IMG/VR virus record: IMGVR_UViG_3300024999_000057 | Location: 1-64,000 of that record | Length of the DNA: 64,000 nt | Direction: 5' to 3' (one strand) | Source of the DNA: a virus | Shown: positions 1 to 8,216 of the stretch, in pieces | Position numbering within the stretch: position 1 is the first letter of the stretch | Layout: the number at the start of each line of letters is the position of its first letter | Notes under the pieces: generated by a model | What the model was told of the DNA's origin: nothing | Seen by the model: the letters and a program-made list of their open reading frames with translations, nothing else | Database searches by the model: none | Translations under genes and position numbers: made by a program

Positions 1-100
1 TCACACCCTACAGCTCGCCCTCGGTCACACCCTACAGCTCGCCCTCGGTCACACCCTACAGCTCGCCCTCGGTCACACCCTACAGCTCGCCCTCGGTCAC
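1..100. repeat. 24-bp tandem repeat TCACACCCTACAGCTCGCCCTCGG, 4 perfect copies plus TCAC; probably continues left of the window
   Basis: Read directly: units start at 1, 25, 49, 73; no spacers. Confidence 0.97.
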
Positions 101-200
101 TGGGGAGTGGTGGCGGGGTGAAAGTTTTAATGAGAGCCAGGCGCCCTTACCCATTCACTCACACGCTACGAAGTAAAATTCAGATGTACATATTTTTAGC

Positions 201-229
201 TTGACAGGAACCAAGTATTACTGTAGTCT
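201..229 (+). promoter_or_regulatory. sigma70-type promoter
   Basis: TTGACA-N17-TAGTCT upstream of RBS AAGGAGG and ATG 262; 14-bp motif variant at 178-191. Confidence 0.7.
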
Positions 230-261
230 ACAAATAGCCAAGACAAAGGAGGACCCAAAAA

Positions 262-627
262 ATGTACAAAATATCCAAAGGAGACCAATTCAATTCATGG
301 ACTGTCTTGTCCCAAGCACCAACAAGACCCAACAATATAAAGCACTGGCTCTGCCGTTGTACCTGCGGCACCACCAGGGAGGTCTCACAACACAACCTGA
401 TCCACAATAAGTCGAAGAACTGCGGCTGCTTCAGGGTGGTATCCGAGCACACCAGGAAGCTACTCTCAGAAGCTAACAAGGGAGTACCGAAAAGACCTAA
501 GGGTTATCAGCATTCTGAGGAAGCCAAGGCGAAGATGAAGGCGTCCCAGGTGGCTAGGAGGGAAAGAGAGCGTGTTGAAGCAGAACCACAGGTTTCCTCA
601 GGTAAAAATGCTTCGCACCTCTCCTGA
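262..627 (+). CDS. Homing-endonuclease-derived DNA-binding protein (Cys-rich N-domain plus NUMOD3-like motifs), no nuclease domain
   Basis: WLCRCTCG...NCGC domain also seen in 27504 HNH; HSEEAKAKM NUMOD3-like motif; strong RBS. Confidence 0.7.
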   Translation: MYKISKGDQFNSWTVLSQAPTRPNNIKHWLCRCTCGTTREVSQHNLIHNKSKNCGCFRVVSEHTRKLLSEANKGVPKRPKGYQHSEEAKAKMKASQVARRERERVEAEPQVSSGKNASHLS

Positions 628-684
628 GGAAACCTGTGGTCTGAACTAGGCGAACCTGTGGTCTGAACTAGGCGAACCTGTGGT
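585..684. repeat. 18-bp perfect inverted repeat (585-602/623-640) followed by 22-bp direct repeats (631-652, 653-674, partial 675-684)
   Basis: ACCACAGGTTTCCTCAGG / CCTGAGGAAACCTGTGGT; AACCTGTGGTCTGAACTAGGCG x2. Confidence 0.92.
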
Positions 685-755
685 TAATCCAAGATAACCA
701 AAACCCAGCGCAATCTCATACGGATCTTCCAACATTAAAATAGGAGCCAATTAAA

Positions 756-1151
756 ATGAAGACAATAATCCTGAATCACCCTGCAACTCCCGAGGAAGCT
801 ATCCAATTCACCCAGCACCTCCTCCAAAAGTTTCCTCTCAACCAAACCAACCAAATCAGCATCGAGTTTCTTCCCAGGAACTCCATTGGCAAAACTGCGT
901 ATGGTCGTTGCTACTATGTGAAGGCCAGGAACCTTAACGTCTGGATCAGGATTGCCCTTGGCGCCTCGAAGGAGAGGCGCCAGCTTCCTGATCTGCTTAA
1001 GACCATCGGGCACGAGTACTGTCACGCACTCCAACACGACCAGGGGAGAGATGCTTGCTGTGTCGAAGCTGATGAATTCGGATGGAGGGAGTCCAAAAAG
1101 TACCTGAATCTGACCGAAAAGCGAGATTCTGGGAGCAAAAGGGCTGCTTGA
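756..1151 (+). CDS. Small zincin-like metallopeptidase (HExxH)
   Basis: IGHEYCHALQ followed by downstream E (VEADEF), ImmA/IrrE/SprT-like pattern; RBS AGGAG. Confidence 0.7.
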   Translation: MKTIILNHPATPEEAIQFTQHLLQKFPLNQTNQISIEFLPRNSIGKTAYGRCYYVKARNLNVWIRIALGASKERRQLPDLLKTIGHEYCHALQHDQGRDACCVEADEFGWRESKKYLNLTEKRDSGSKRAA

Positions 1152-1236
1152 TGCTTTCCTGCTCAGATTCCATAACTGTTCATAAAAACTGAACGCAGCA
1201 CAAATCTGAACAGCGCCTCCCCCTCTTGTACCTGGG

Positions 1237-1302
1237 TTAATGCTTCATATATGGTACGTTAAGCCTAGATTTGGCCCTTAATGATTCATACATGATACGT
1301 TA
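1237..1302. repeat. Imperfect 25-bp direct repeat in non-coding region
   Basis: TTAATGCTTCATATATGGTACGTTA (1237-1261) vs TTAATGATTCATACATGATACGTTA (1278-1302). Confidence 0.85.
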
Positions 1303-1476
1303 GGGAATGTGGTATTTGGATCGGAGGTGGGAGTTGGTTTCGCTGAAAATTTTGAGATGGGGTTTGGGAGGTATATATGATTAGAAGGACTCTTCAGGCA
1401 AACCACAGGTTTCCTCAATTTCTCCCGCTTCGCGCTAATCCTGAGGAGGCTTGTGGCTGGGCTCGTGGCGCAATGT

Positions 1477-1527
1477 ATTCACATCCGAATTTTTTCTCTT
1501 GACAAACATTCAGAAGTGAATTAAGAT
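1477..1527 (+). promoter_or_regulatory. Early sigma70 promoter with operator-like 14-mer in the spacer and a second copy upstream
   Basis: TTGACA(1499-1504)-N17-TAAGAT(1522-1527); ATTCAGAAGTGAAT 1508-1521; ATTCACATCCGAAT 1477-1490. Confidence 0.85.
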
Positions 1528-1639
1528 GCAATTCATCAAGAGGTCTGCCCGCCGCTAACGGGAGAGGCCTTTGTTTTGGCCGGACAAATTCACGTAGCGG
1601 AGCGAAGTGCGTAAGCACATCTGAATTAAGGAGAACATT

Positions 1640-2122
1640 TTGACGATCACGATCAAAGAAAGCAAGACGGCGGATTCTCGGACCTGTGGAGATCCGGCTA
1701 CAGTGACCAAGGAGATTTTGGCTGCTTCATCTGAGCAGCACATTGAGGACGTAGGGAAGGGGTTGGAGTTTATCAAGGGGCTTCTGGATGACGCCACGAA
1801 GTGGCATGACTTCGACAAGCTGAGTTACCTTCATGAATTCCACGCGGACTTCCAGACTGGGTTTGAGAAGCACGATTGGTGGGACCAGCACAAGAAGATT
1901 TCCAGGCACCACCTTTCGGCTGAAGAAGGAGTGCCTGAGGACGTGGACCTGATCGACGTGCTGGAGTTCATCGTCGATTGTGTCATGGCTGGGATGGCGC
2001 GGAGCGGGAGTGTTTATGATTTGGAGTTGCCTAGTGGGCTACTGGATCGGGCCTTTAGGAACACAGTGGAACTTTTAAAGGCTGAGGTTGTGGTGGAGAA
2101 GGAGGATTCGTGCAACGAATAG
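1640..2122 (+). CDS. Hypothetical phage protein (His/Asp-rich, possibly HD-like)
   Basis: RBS AAGGGAG, TTG start; WHDFDK, SRHH, DC motifs. Confidence 0.75.
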   Translation: MTITIKESKTADSRTCGDPATVTKEILAASSEQHIEDVGKGLEFIKGLLDDATKWHDFDKLSYLHEFHADFQTGFEKHDWWDQHKKISRHHLSAEEGVPEDVDLIDVLEFIVDCVMAGMARSGSVYDLELPSGLLDRAFRNTVELLKAEVVVEKEDSCNE

Positions 2123-2140
2123 ATCTTTGGGCTTGGGGGA

Positions 2141-2434
2141 ATGGATTTGGGCTTACTAGAAAGCCCTACTGAAATCACAGTAGTTCGGGATGCCGTAGGA
2201 AAAGTCTCAGGACTCACTTGCACAGACACAGAAGGCAACCAGAGGTTCCTGCCTTTCGAGCGCCTTTATATTTCAGAGCGCGAGGTGAGCCGTGATTATG
2301 CAGGCAGAACCAAATCCGGCTGTCTGGGAGGCTGCAACTACGGAGGATTCAATCACCTCCCATTGGTGGACACCTTGATTGCGTGTGCCCCGTGTAAGCT
2401 GAAGTGGATAGAGGAGAATTTGGATGAATCCTAG
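2141..2434 (+). CDS. Hypothetical protein with two Cys pairs
   Basis: Operon context; CLGGC and CAPC. Confidence 0.6.
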   Translation: MDLGLLESPTEITVVRDAVGKVSGLTCTDTEGNQRFLPFERLYISEREVSRDYAGRTKSGCLGGCNYGGFNHLPLVDTLIACAPCKLKWIEENLDES

Positions 2435-2588
2435 AACCTGCAAACGCTGCGGTACTGAGATGACCAAGCGGATTTCCATTCCTTGCCCTGGTGGTCGGAT
2501 TGGCTGCGCCGTAGCCCACTACCGGCTGACCTGCGACTGCGAGGATATTCCGCTGGAATTGTTGGAGGTGCATGATGTTCAAGACTAG
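2424..2588 (+). CDS. Small zinc-ribbon protein (54 aa, not in ORF track)
   Basis: RBS GAGGAG; MNPRTCKRCGTEM...CDC. Confidence 0.65.
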   Translation: MNPRTCKRCGTEMTKRISIPCPGGRIGCAVAHYRLTCDCEDIPLELLEVHDVQD

Positions 2589-2745
2589 GTACCGAATCGT
2601 TCGAGATCGGGGGCGTGGATACGAGGTACAGGTGAAGCACGGGTGGTTCGGGTTTTGGCACATGCCTACGATAAACACGCTGTCCTCAATTGAAGAGGCT
2701 AAGGCTTACATAGAGGACCTAAAATTTGTCCTATACGTGGACTAA
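2572..2745 (+). CDS. Small hypothetical protein (57 aa, not in ORF track)
   Basis: RBS GGAGG; MMFKTRYRIV...GWFGFW...SIEEAKAYIE. Confidence 0.65.
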   Translation: MMFKTRYRIVRDRGRGYEVQVKHGWFGFWHMPTINTLSSIEEAKAYIEDLKFVLYVD

Positions 2746-2756
2746 AGGAGAATAAG

Positions 2757-2954
2757 ATGAGGACATTTGAGCTAACCGAGGAAGCAAGGGAAAGGATCAT
2801 CGCGGACCTTAAAGTGGTAGTGGAGGATCTTGAGTACCTCCAAAAAAGAAACGGGATGCTGGAGGACATGCTGGAAGTCCTCGGTGTTCCGGAGGAGCGC
2901 TGGTTCTCTGGGTACTCGGAGATGGTGAAAAAGTTGGGGGAGGCCCAAAAGTGA
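2757..2954 (+). CDS. Hypothetical protein
   Basis: RBS AAGGAG; tight packing. Confidence 0.7.
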   Translation: MRTFELTEEARERIIADLKVVVEDLEYLQKRNGMLEDMLEVLGVPEERWFSGYSEMVKKLGEAQK

Positions 2955-3151
2955 CCAAATGTACTTGGGTCGATTGCCCTGAAGATGGAATCAACCCGCA
3001 GTTTTCTAAAGATGGTAAAGAGTGGGCCTGTCTGTGTGACGAGCACCACTTGAAGTTGGAAGGGGATTTGGATTCTTTGGATGCCAGAAGAATTTTGTCA
3101 TCTTGGGTGAAGGCACAAGGCGGGGCTGCGAAAGCGGCGAGGAGGGTTTGA
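2951..3151 (+). CDS. Hypothetical Zn-binding protein
   Basis: GTGA overlap; C-x4-C...C-x2-H. Confidence 0.65.
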   Translation: MTKCTWVDCPEDGINPQFSKDGKEWACLCDEHHLKLEGDLDSLDARRILSSWVKAQGGAAKAARRV

Positions 3152-3152
3152 G

Positions 3153-3662
3153 ATGGAAAAGGCTCGGCTGAACTCGCACGAGAAAGCAATAGCTCCTGAG
3201 GACATGCCCAAGAACAATCCGCAGCGAGCGATGTGGCGGTGTTCGGCTGAGATTCATGCTGAGATGCGTAAAAGGGAAGTGGAAGGCCACTACATCCCGA
3301 TGTATATAGCCGACAACGCAAAGTATTTCGCGGAGCACTCGTACCAAAGCGCTACCTACGTCTGGAGAGAATGCTTCGGATTTGTTACTAGCGAAGAAGA
3401 GGATCTTTGGGACCGTATGGATTATGGGGCCTCCATCAGCCAGCCTCTCAACATCGAGGCTCTCGATTTCGCGAGAGACCTCCAGAAGATCATGTGCACG
3501 AAACTGAAGTTGAAGGATTACGAGACGGCTTACCTGCTGTTCTTCTCCGGGTGCAGTGCGAAGCAAGTCGCTGAGGAGTTGGACCTGCCAATCCAGACGG
3601 TCTATAGCAGGAGAGCCAAAATCGCCAAGATCCTTCAGAAGCACTACTACGAGGCCAATTAA
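3153..3662 (+). CDS. Sigma70 region-4/LuxR-type HTH transcription regulator
   Basis: C-terminal SGCSAKQVAEELDLPIQTVYSRRAKI. Confidence 0.75.
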   Translation: MEKARLNSHEKAIAPEDMPKNNPQRAMWRCSAEIHAEMRKREVEGHYIPMYIADNAKYFAEHSYQSATYVWRECFGFVTSEEEDLWDRMDYGASISQPLNIEALDFARDLQKIMCTKLKLKDYETAYLLFFSGCSAKQVAEELDLPIQTVYSRRAKIAKILQKHYYEAN

Positions 3663-3844
3663 TGGAACCTCACAACTTCGTCAAGCTCTACCGATCAATC
3701 CCTTGGCTCGTCTGTAGCAAATGCGGGCTCGTAAGGTTGAGAAATCCGTTCACAGATTGGTGCGTCCGGAATGGCTGCGATGCAGACGAGCGTTTCGACT
3801 ATGTGAAGATGCGAGATAAATTAACGAGACAGGAGGGGCTTTAA
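3662..3844 (+). CDS. Small zinc-finger protein
   Basis: H...CSKCG...C; TAATG coupling. Confidence 0.65.
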   Translation: MEPHNFVKLYRSIPWLVCSKCGLVRLRNPFTDWCVRNGCDADERFDYVKMRDKLTRQEGL

Positions 3845-4023
3845 TGCCTTGGAACGTAGATGTGAAGAGCAACCTGAAGAAGCTGAAGCACAAGCCAAAG
3901 AGGGAGGCTGTCTGCTGCGGGGAGCCTTGCCCCGGCCACCCAGAAATGGTCTGCTGCCGCTTTAAAAACCACAAAGGTGCCCACGGTTCTTGGGGCGCGA
4001 GTTGGAAAATCGAGGAGGTTTAA
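3844..4023 (+). CDS. Small Cys/His-rich protein (59 aa, not in ORF track)
   Basis: TAATG coupling, RBS GGAGG; CCGEPC...CCRFKNHKGAH. Confidence 0.6.
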   Translation: MPWNVDVKSNLKKLKHKPKREAVCCGEPCPGHPEMVCCRFKNHKGAHGSWGASWKIEEV

Positions 4024-4025
4024 AA

Positions 4026-4301
4026 ATGGAAGTGATTTGTGATCACGCCGGGGTAGAGGGGTGTGCTCGGTGGTGCCCGCACAGGAAGAGGCACAAACTT
4101 GATGACACCTTGTTTTGTGATGAGGAGGAGTGCCGCGAGATCCAGAAGGTAGTCAAATGCATCCCGGTCGAAGCCAAAAAGGACCATGCTGATCTACTGG
4201 TCAGGCTCAAGGATCAGATCCAAGAAATCAACGGTTACAACGGCAGGATGAGCCAAATCCTGATCATGGAAGCTCTTGCGGCTCTGCTGGAGGCAAGATG
4301 A
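4026..4301 (+). CDS. Hypothetical Cys-rich protein
   Basis: RBS GAGGAGG before ATG 4026. Confidence 0.7.
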   Translation: MEVICDHAGVEGCARWCPHRKRHKLDDTLFCDEEECREIQKVVKCIPVEAKKDHADLLVRLKDQIQEINGYNGRMSQILIMEALAALLEAR

Positions 4302-4537
4302 CCAAACAAAAGTTCTACGCAGTAGGCGCCCTGCACAAATCGGTGCTCGCTAGGATTAGTGGAGAGGAGCGTTCGATCCCACTCTCTTGGAGCGCCGGGA
4401 TGATCGGGATGATGCCTGTTTTCGATAACAGGCAAGCGGCTGAGGTGGAGGCGGGGGATAAGTTCGAGGTGGAGGAGTTTGGTGAGACGGATTCTTGCGT
4501 CATGATAAATTCAGATGTGAATTCAAAGGAGATTTAA
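4298..4537 (+). CDS. Hypothetical protein
   Basis: ATGA overlap, RBS GGAGG. Confidence 0.65.
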   Translation: MTKQKFYAVGALHKSVLARISGEERSIPLSWSAGMIGMMPVFDNRQAAEVEAGDKFEVEEFGETDSCVMINSDVNSKEI

Positions 4538-4924
4538 ATGTCAAGTTTTACAAAGAAGGGCCTTTCGCTAAAAGAAGGCGACAAGGTGAAGTGGGATGGC
4601 CTCCCGTCAATCGTAGTTGCGGTAGCTGAGGAGGATGTGGAGTGCCCCTACAGGGTATTCAGTGAGAAGCATGAGATTTCTGGGTGGGTGAGTGGGGAGG
4701 TGCTTGTGTTGGTTGAAACGGCTAAGTATGAAGCGCCTGTGGTCGAGTTGCTGAAGGTCGGGGATTTTGTGGCGACTCCTGAGGGGAAGGGAGTTGTGCT
4801 GGAAGTGGATATATACGACGCAGGCCAGCCTTACCGCGTAGGTGTATTTAATTCCGGGGATGAGTGGCACTCAGAGAACGAAGTGACCCTCCTCGCCCGC
4901 CCTGACTACGGCATGGAGGTTTAA
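4538..4924 (+). CDS. Tandem SH3/KOW-like beta-barrel protein
   Basis: Two LKxGDxV...GxV...PYRV...W repeats. Confidence 0.65.
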   Translation: MSSFTKKGLSLKEGDKVKWDGLPSIVVAVAEEDVECPYRVFSEKHEISGWVSGEVLVLVETAKYEAPVVELLKVGDFVATPEGKGVVLEVDIYDAGQPYRVGVFNSGDEWHSENEVTLLARPDYGMEV

Positions 4925-5413
4925 ATGAAACCCGAAATTGGAGATAAGGTTCGGCTTAAGTATTTCTCCCGTGATAAGGAAGGGATCATTTTTAAAGTCC
5001 CGAGTGAGACTTCCACTCTCTACAACATAGGCCTCGAAAATGGCACAACCATCTATGCCGAAGAGAGTGATATCACAATTCTCTTCCGGCCCGAGTACCA
5101 CTACGTCAACCGCTGTCTCTACAAAATAGGCGACCTGGTTAACTGGAATGGGGAGCATTGTTTGGTTGTAGGCCTAGTGAAGTTGGGCGAGTACAACTAC
5201 CGGATTTCTAGGACGAACTATGAAGGGGCTCTGACTTTCGCGAGAGAGCAGGACCTGAGTTTGGTTCATGCAGCGGAGCACCCTGAGGTTGGTGCTGCTC
5301 CCGAAGTTCCTGAATTCGAGCCTGTAGGTTGGCGGGGTTACCAGCCTGAGGTGCCTGATCCTCCCGCCCCGCCTGTGTTCACGGAGGCAGATGATGAACT
5401 GCTGCCTTTCTAA
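4925..5413 (+). CDS. Tandem SH3/KOW-like protein with acidic Pro-rich tail ending DDELLPF
   Basis: IGDKV and KIGDLV repeats; SSB-like C-terminus. Confidence 0.65.
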   Translation: MKPEIGDKVRLKYFSRDKEGIIFKVPSETSTLYNIGLENGTTIYAEESDITILFRPEYHYVNRCLYKIGDLVNWNGEHCLVVGLVKLGEYNYRISRTNYEGALTFAREQDLSLVHAAEHPEVGAAPEVPEFEPVGWRGYQPEVPDPPAPPVFTEADDELLPF

Positions 5414-5555
5414 CTGCGACTTCACCATTTCCAGGCTACAGGCTCAACTGGAACTATCCAAGAAAAGGGAAGCAGAACTTGAGGAGTTGTTGAAGGACGC
5501 CCGGAAATTAGCAGAAACTTATCGCGTTTTTACGCGGAGAACTATTCAGAAGTGA
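5391..5555 (+). CDS. Small coiled-coil protein (54 aa, not in ORF track)
   Basis: RBS GGAGG; fills gap between 5413 and 5572. Confidence 0.5.
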   Translation: MMNCCLSNCDFTISRLQAQLELSKKREAELEELLKDARKLAETYRVFTRRTIQK

Positions 5556-5571
5556 TTAAAAGGAGTAGCAA

Positions 5572-6003
5572 ATGTTTAGAGACGCGAAAGTAGGAGAGCA
5601 AGTTTGGGATGTGCTGAGGGGATGGGGCAAGGTTTACGAAATCGAGGGTGCAAGCACTTGGCCCATCAAGGTTGAGTTCGAGAGGGGGTGTTCTGATTGT
5701 GAGTCCTACACCTACGAGGGAATGATGAGCACGGATGATCAGTATCCTGCCCTCTTCTGGGACGAGATCGTGATCAAGGCGCCAGAGAAGCCGGTTAGGT
5801 TAACCGAGAGGACTTTTGAGGGCTGGGCGAACCTCTACTACGCTGAGGAGCCTAAGTTTCACCCTACACAGCTTAACGCCGCACAGGCTGCGGCGGATAA
5901 CGTGCTCGGTACCTTCCCTGTGCGTGTTATTTTCTCCCAAGTTCCCGAGGGGTTCGACTTTTCGGAGGTTGGCGAAGTGAGGGACTTGAATGAAATCGCG
6001 TAA
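5572..6003 (+). CDS. Hypothetical protein, SH3-like N-domain
   Basis: AKVGEQVWD...GWGKV...WPIKVEF; RBS AAGGAG. Confidence 0.7.
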   Translation: MFRDAKVGEQVWDVLRGWGKVYEIEGASTWPIKVEFERGCSDCESYTYEGMMSTDDQYPALFWDEIVIKAPEKPVRLTERTFEGWANLYYAEEPKFHPTQLNAAQAAADNVLGTFPVRVIFSQVPEGFDFSEVGEVRDLNEIA

Positions 6004-6442
6004 CATCGCACGCTGCGCTCTCTGCGGCGACATCATCGAGTCCACCTACAGGCACCACTTTGTTTCGTGCAAGTGTGGCGAGATCAGCTTGGATGGTGGG
6101 ACAGATTATTGTAGAGGCGTAGGTAATCTGGAGAATTTCAAAAGGCTTACTGAGGAGGAACTTGCTGCCTGGGATTCGGTGACTACAGGGAGGTTGGAGG
6201 ATTGGACTTATGCTGGTGGGATTATTTACGGGACCATCTACGACGACAAGCTGAAGAGGTTCTTCGATGGAACTGAAATATCAACTTCTCCGGTGGTCTC
6301 TCCAGCGAAGGACCGTAAAGAGGGCAAGGTGATCCAGACCCGAGGTAGCACTTACCTTCTTGGTAAGAAGTTTGTTCAGAAGAAGGATTGGACTGCCGAG
6401 GTTGCTGAGGAAGCGGCTGAGGTTGGGGTTGGTGTGGTTTAG
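5990..6442 (+). CDS. Zinc-ribbon domain protein fused to a second small phage domain
   Basis: CALCGDIIES..RHHFVSCKCG..SLDGG; C-terminal GTIYDD..RFFDG..ISTS..TRGSTYLL. Confidence 0.75.
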   Translation: MKSRNIARCALCGDIIESTYRHHFVSCKCGEISLDGGTDYCRGVGNLENFKRLTEEELAAWDSVTTGRLEDWTYAGGIIYGTIYDDKLKRFFDGTEISTSPVVSPAKDRKEGKVIQTRGSTYLLGKKFVQKKDWTAEVAEEAAEVGVGVV

Positions 6443-6551
6443 GCGGAAGCGGGGGTTCAGAGTGTGTCGGTTAGCTGATGACAGGACGGCTTTACGTTCA
6501 GGTCTATAGGTGGGTTATGCCCGTCGCAACTTCTTTGGAAAGGAAAATCAA

Positions 6552-6842
6552 ATGAACATTAGAAAACATATGGAAATGCTGGGGCTGAAAGTTGAGGACA
6601 AAGTTACCGGATTCAAGGGCGTTGTCACATCTGTCAGCTTTGACCTGTATGGCTGCGTTCAAACAATCGTCAATCCAGGTGTGGGGGAAGACAAGAAGCC
6701 GGGTGACTCTCTCTGGTTCGACATTGGCCGGTTGAAGGTACTAGGATCTACGCCTGTCATGGATGTGCCTAATTTCGAGTATGGCGCAATAGCTGAAGGC
6801 AAAAAAGGCCCAGCAGAGAAGCCGATGTTTATGAAAGCATAA
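6552..6842 (+). CDS. Hypothetical SH3-like phage protein
   Basis: LGLKVEDKVTGFKGVV...WFDIGRL; ATG 6552 after AAGGA. Confidence 0.75.
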   Translation: MNIRKHMEMLGLKVEDKVTGFKGVVTSVSFDLYGCVQTIVNPGVGEDKKPGDSLWFDIGRLKVLGSTPVMDVPNFEYGAIAEGKKGPAEKPMFMKA

Positions 6843-6895
6843 CACGAATATGCCAGACGCAAGCGCTGTAGGTTCGATCCCTACCCTATAAAAAT

Positions 6896-6929
6896 GAAAG
6901 CCCTTGGGTTCTCCCAAGGGCCTTCTTTT
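6896..6929. terminator. Intrinsic terminator between convergent early operon and integrase
   Basis: GCCCTTGGG-TTCT-CCCAAGGGC followed by CTTCTTTT. Confidence 0.85.
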
Positions 6930-8166
6930 ATTCAAATTGCTCCCCAAATTTATCAGCATCCTTCCTCTTTTGCTCCCGATCCACGAATGAGTACTTCCTG
7001 CTCATGTTAATATCGCTGTGATCGAGGAAATCTGCGGTCTTCCTGATGTCCTGCGTAGCTTGGTAGTAGAAGGTCCCGGCTGAGTGCTTGGTGTCGTGGA
7101 ATCGCTTGTCTTCGAGCCCTGCTTCCTTTTTGACCTTCTGGAAAATGTTGTCCCAGTAGGATCTGGAGATGGGCACGTCCTTAGTCTCGCCGCAGAAGAG
7201 CCAATGGCTTTCCTGCTCCTTCTTGGTTAGTCCCTCCAGGTAGGAATCCAGCAGGCTCCTAAGCCGAGGGATCATGTCCAAGTAATGCGTGTAGTCGCCC
7301 CGCTTCCTCTTGCTTGCTGGAATGGCTAGAAGGTTTTCTTGGAGGTTCAGGTACTCCTTTTTTAATGAGCAGATGGTTTTCCTTCTGAGCCCTCCGAACG
7401 CCCCAAATCCAATTATTAGTGAAGCCCTTTTATCTACGAACTCCGCAGCCTCAAATAGCCTCGTCAATTCCCCCACCGTGTAAAACTTATCCTCCCTAGA
7501 ATCGTTCTCAGGCCACGCAGAAACCGCTTGAAGCTGATTATATTCCAGGTACCGCGTGTTGTCTGGAGCTACGATTTTGGACTTCACGAAGCAGTTGATC
7601 ATGTTGATGAGGGTTGACCTGGCCCGGTTCACGGTCGAGTTGGAGTGCTTCAGTTCATCCCTGCAGTAGACCATGTAGGACTGGAGGTGCTGAGGCAGGA
7701 GGTCCGCTACATAAACTGGGAGTCGGTCTGCTAACTGGCGAGGGAGGGGCTTGTCTGACTTCCAACTGAAATCTCGGAAGAAGGGGGTCAGGTTGCAGTT
7801 CAACCGCTGGACGTAGAAGGCACGGGTGTCCTCATTGGAGAGGCCTTGGAGGTAGGCGGTGTAAAGCTCTGTGGCGCGATCCCAGGTGAGCTTTTCCTTC
7901 TTCTGGTTCAGCTTGAAGCGATCATCTACGATCTGGCCCAGGACTTGGTTGAGCCGGTCTTCCGCCTGTTTCTTGTGGACGCTGATTTGCTCCGCTATTT
8001 GCTTCCCCTCGAAGGAGTAGGAAATGCTCCAGAATTTATCAGCCTCGTTTGTGGTGCTCCCGCATTTTTTGCAGGGAGGCAGCTTCTTAGGAGGGTCTGC
8101 AAATCGCTTCCTAGCACCACACTCGTAGCAGCGGACCACCTTAAAAATCGAACCTTTTTCGCGCAT
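6928..8166 (-). CDS. int: Tyrosine recombinase (phage integrase) with N-terminal zinc ribbon
   Basis: GLRR (R), FHDTKH (HxxR variant), LDH, SRKY catalytic Tyr; CYECG/CKKCG; start ATG 8166 with RBS AGGAGGG. Confidence 0.92.
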   Translation of the reverse strand: MREKGSIFKVVRCYECGARKRFADPPKKLPPCKKCGSTTNEADKFWSISYSFEGKQIAEQISVHKKQAEDRLNQVLGQIVDDRFKLNQKKEKLTWDRATELYTAYLQGLSNEDTRAFYVQRLNCNLTPFFRDFSWKSDKPLPRQLADRLPVYVADLLPQHLQSYMVYCRDELKHSNSTVNRARSTLINMINCFVKSKIVAPDNTRYLEYNQLQAVSAWPENDSREDKFYTVGELTRLFEAAEFVDKRASLIIGFGAFGGLRRKTICSLKKEYLNLQENLLAIPASKRKRGDYTHYLDMIPRLRSLLDSYLEGLTKKEQESHWLFCGETKDVPISRSYWDNIFQKVKKEAGLEDKRFHDTKHSAGTFYYQATQDIRKTADFLDHSDINMSRKYSFVDREQKRKDADKFGEQFE

Positions 8167-8187
8167 GGGGTTACCCTCCTTGACTGA

Positions 8188-8216
8188 AATATAATTCAGA
8201 CGTGAATGGAAGTCAA
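8188..8216 (-). promoter_or_regulatory. Integrase promoter with operator-like 14-mer in the spacer
   Basis: Minus strand TTGACT-N17-TATATT; ATTCAGACGTGAAT at 8194-8207. Confidence 0.8.

Noticed and set aside
1-100. CRISPR array
   Set aside because: Units are contiguous with no spacers, and no cas genes are present.
2701-2736. Fourth late promoter (CCTATAC at about 2730)
   Set aside because: Upstream AATTGATAC element is absent and the site lies inside a small ORF.
6504-6891. tmRNA
   Set aside because: Length is similar, but there is no GGGG 5' end, G3-U70 pair, CCA or tag peptide, and the interior is a normal protein gene.
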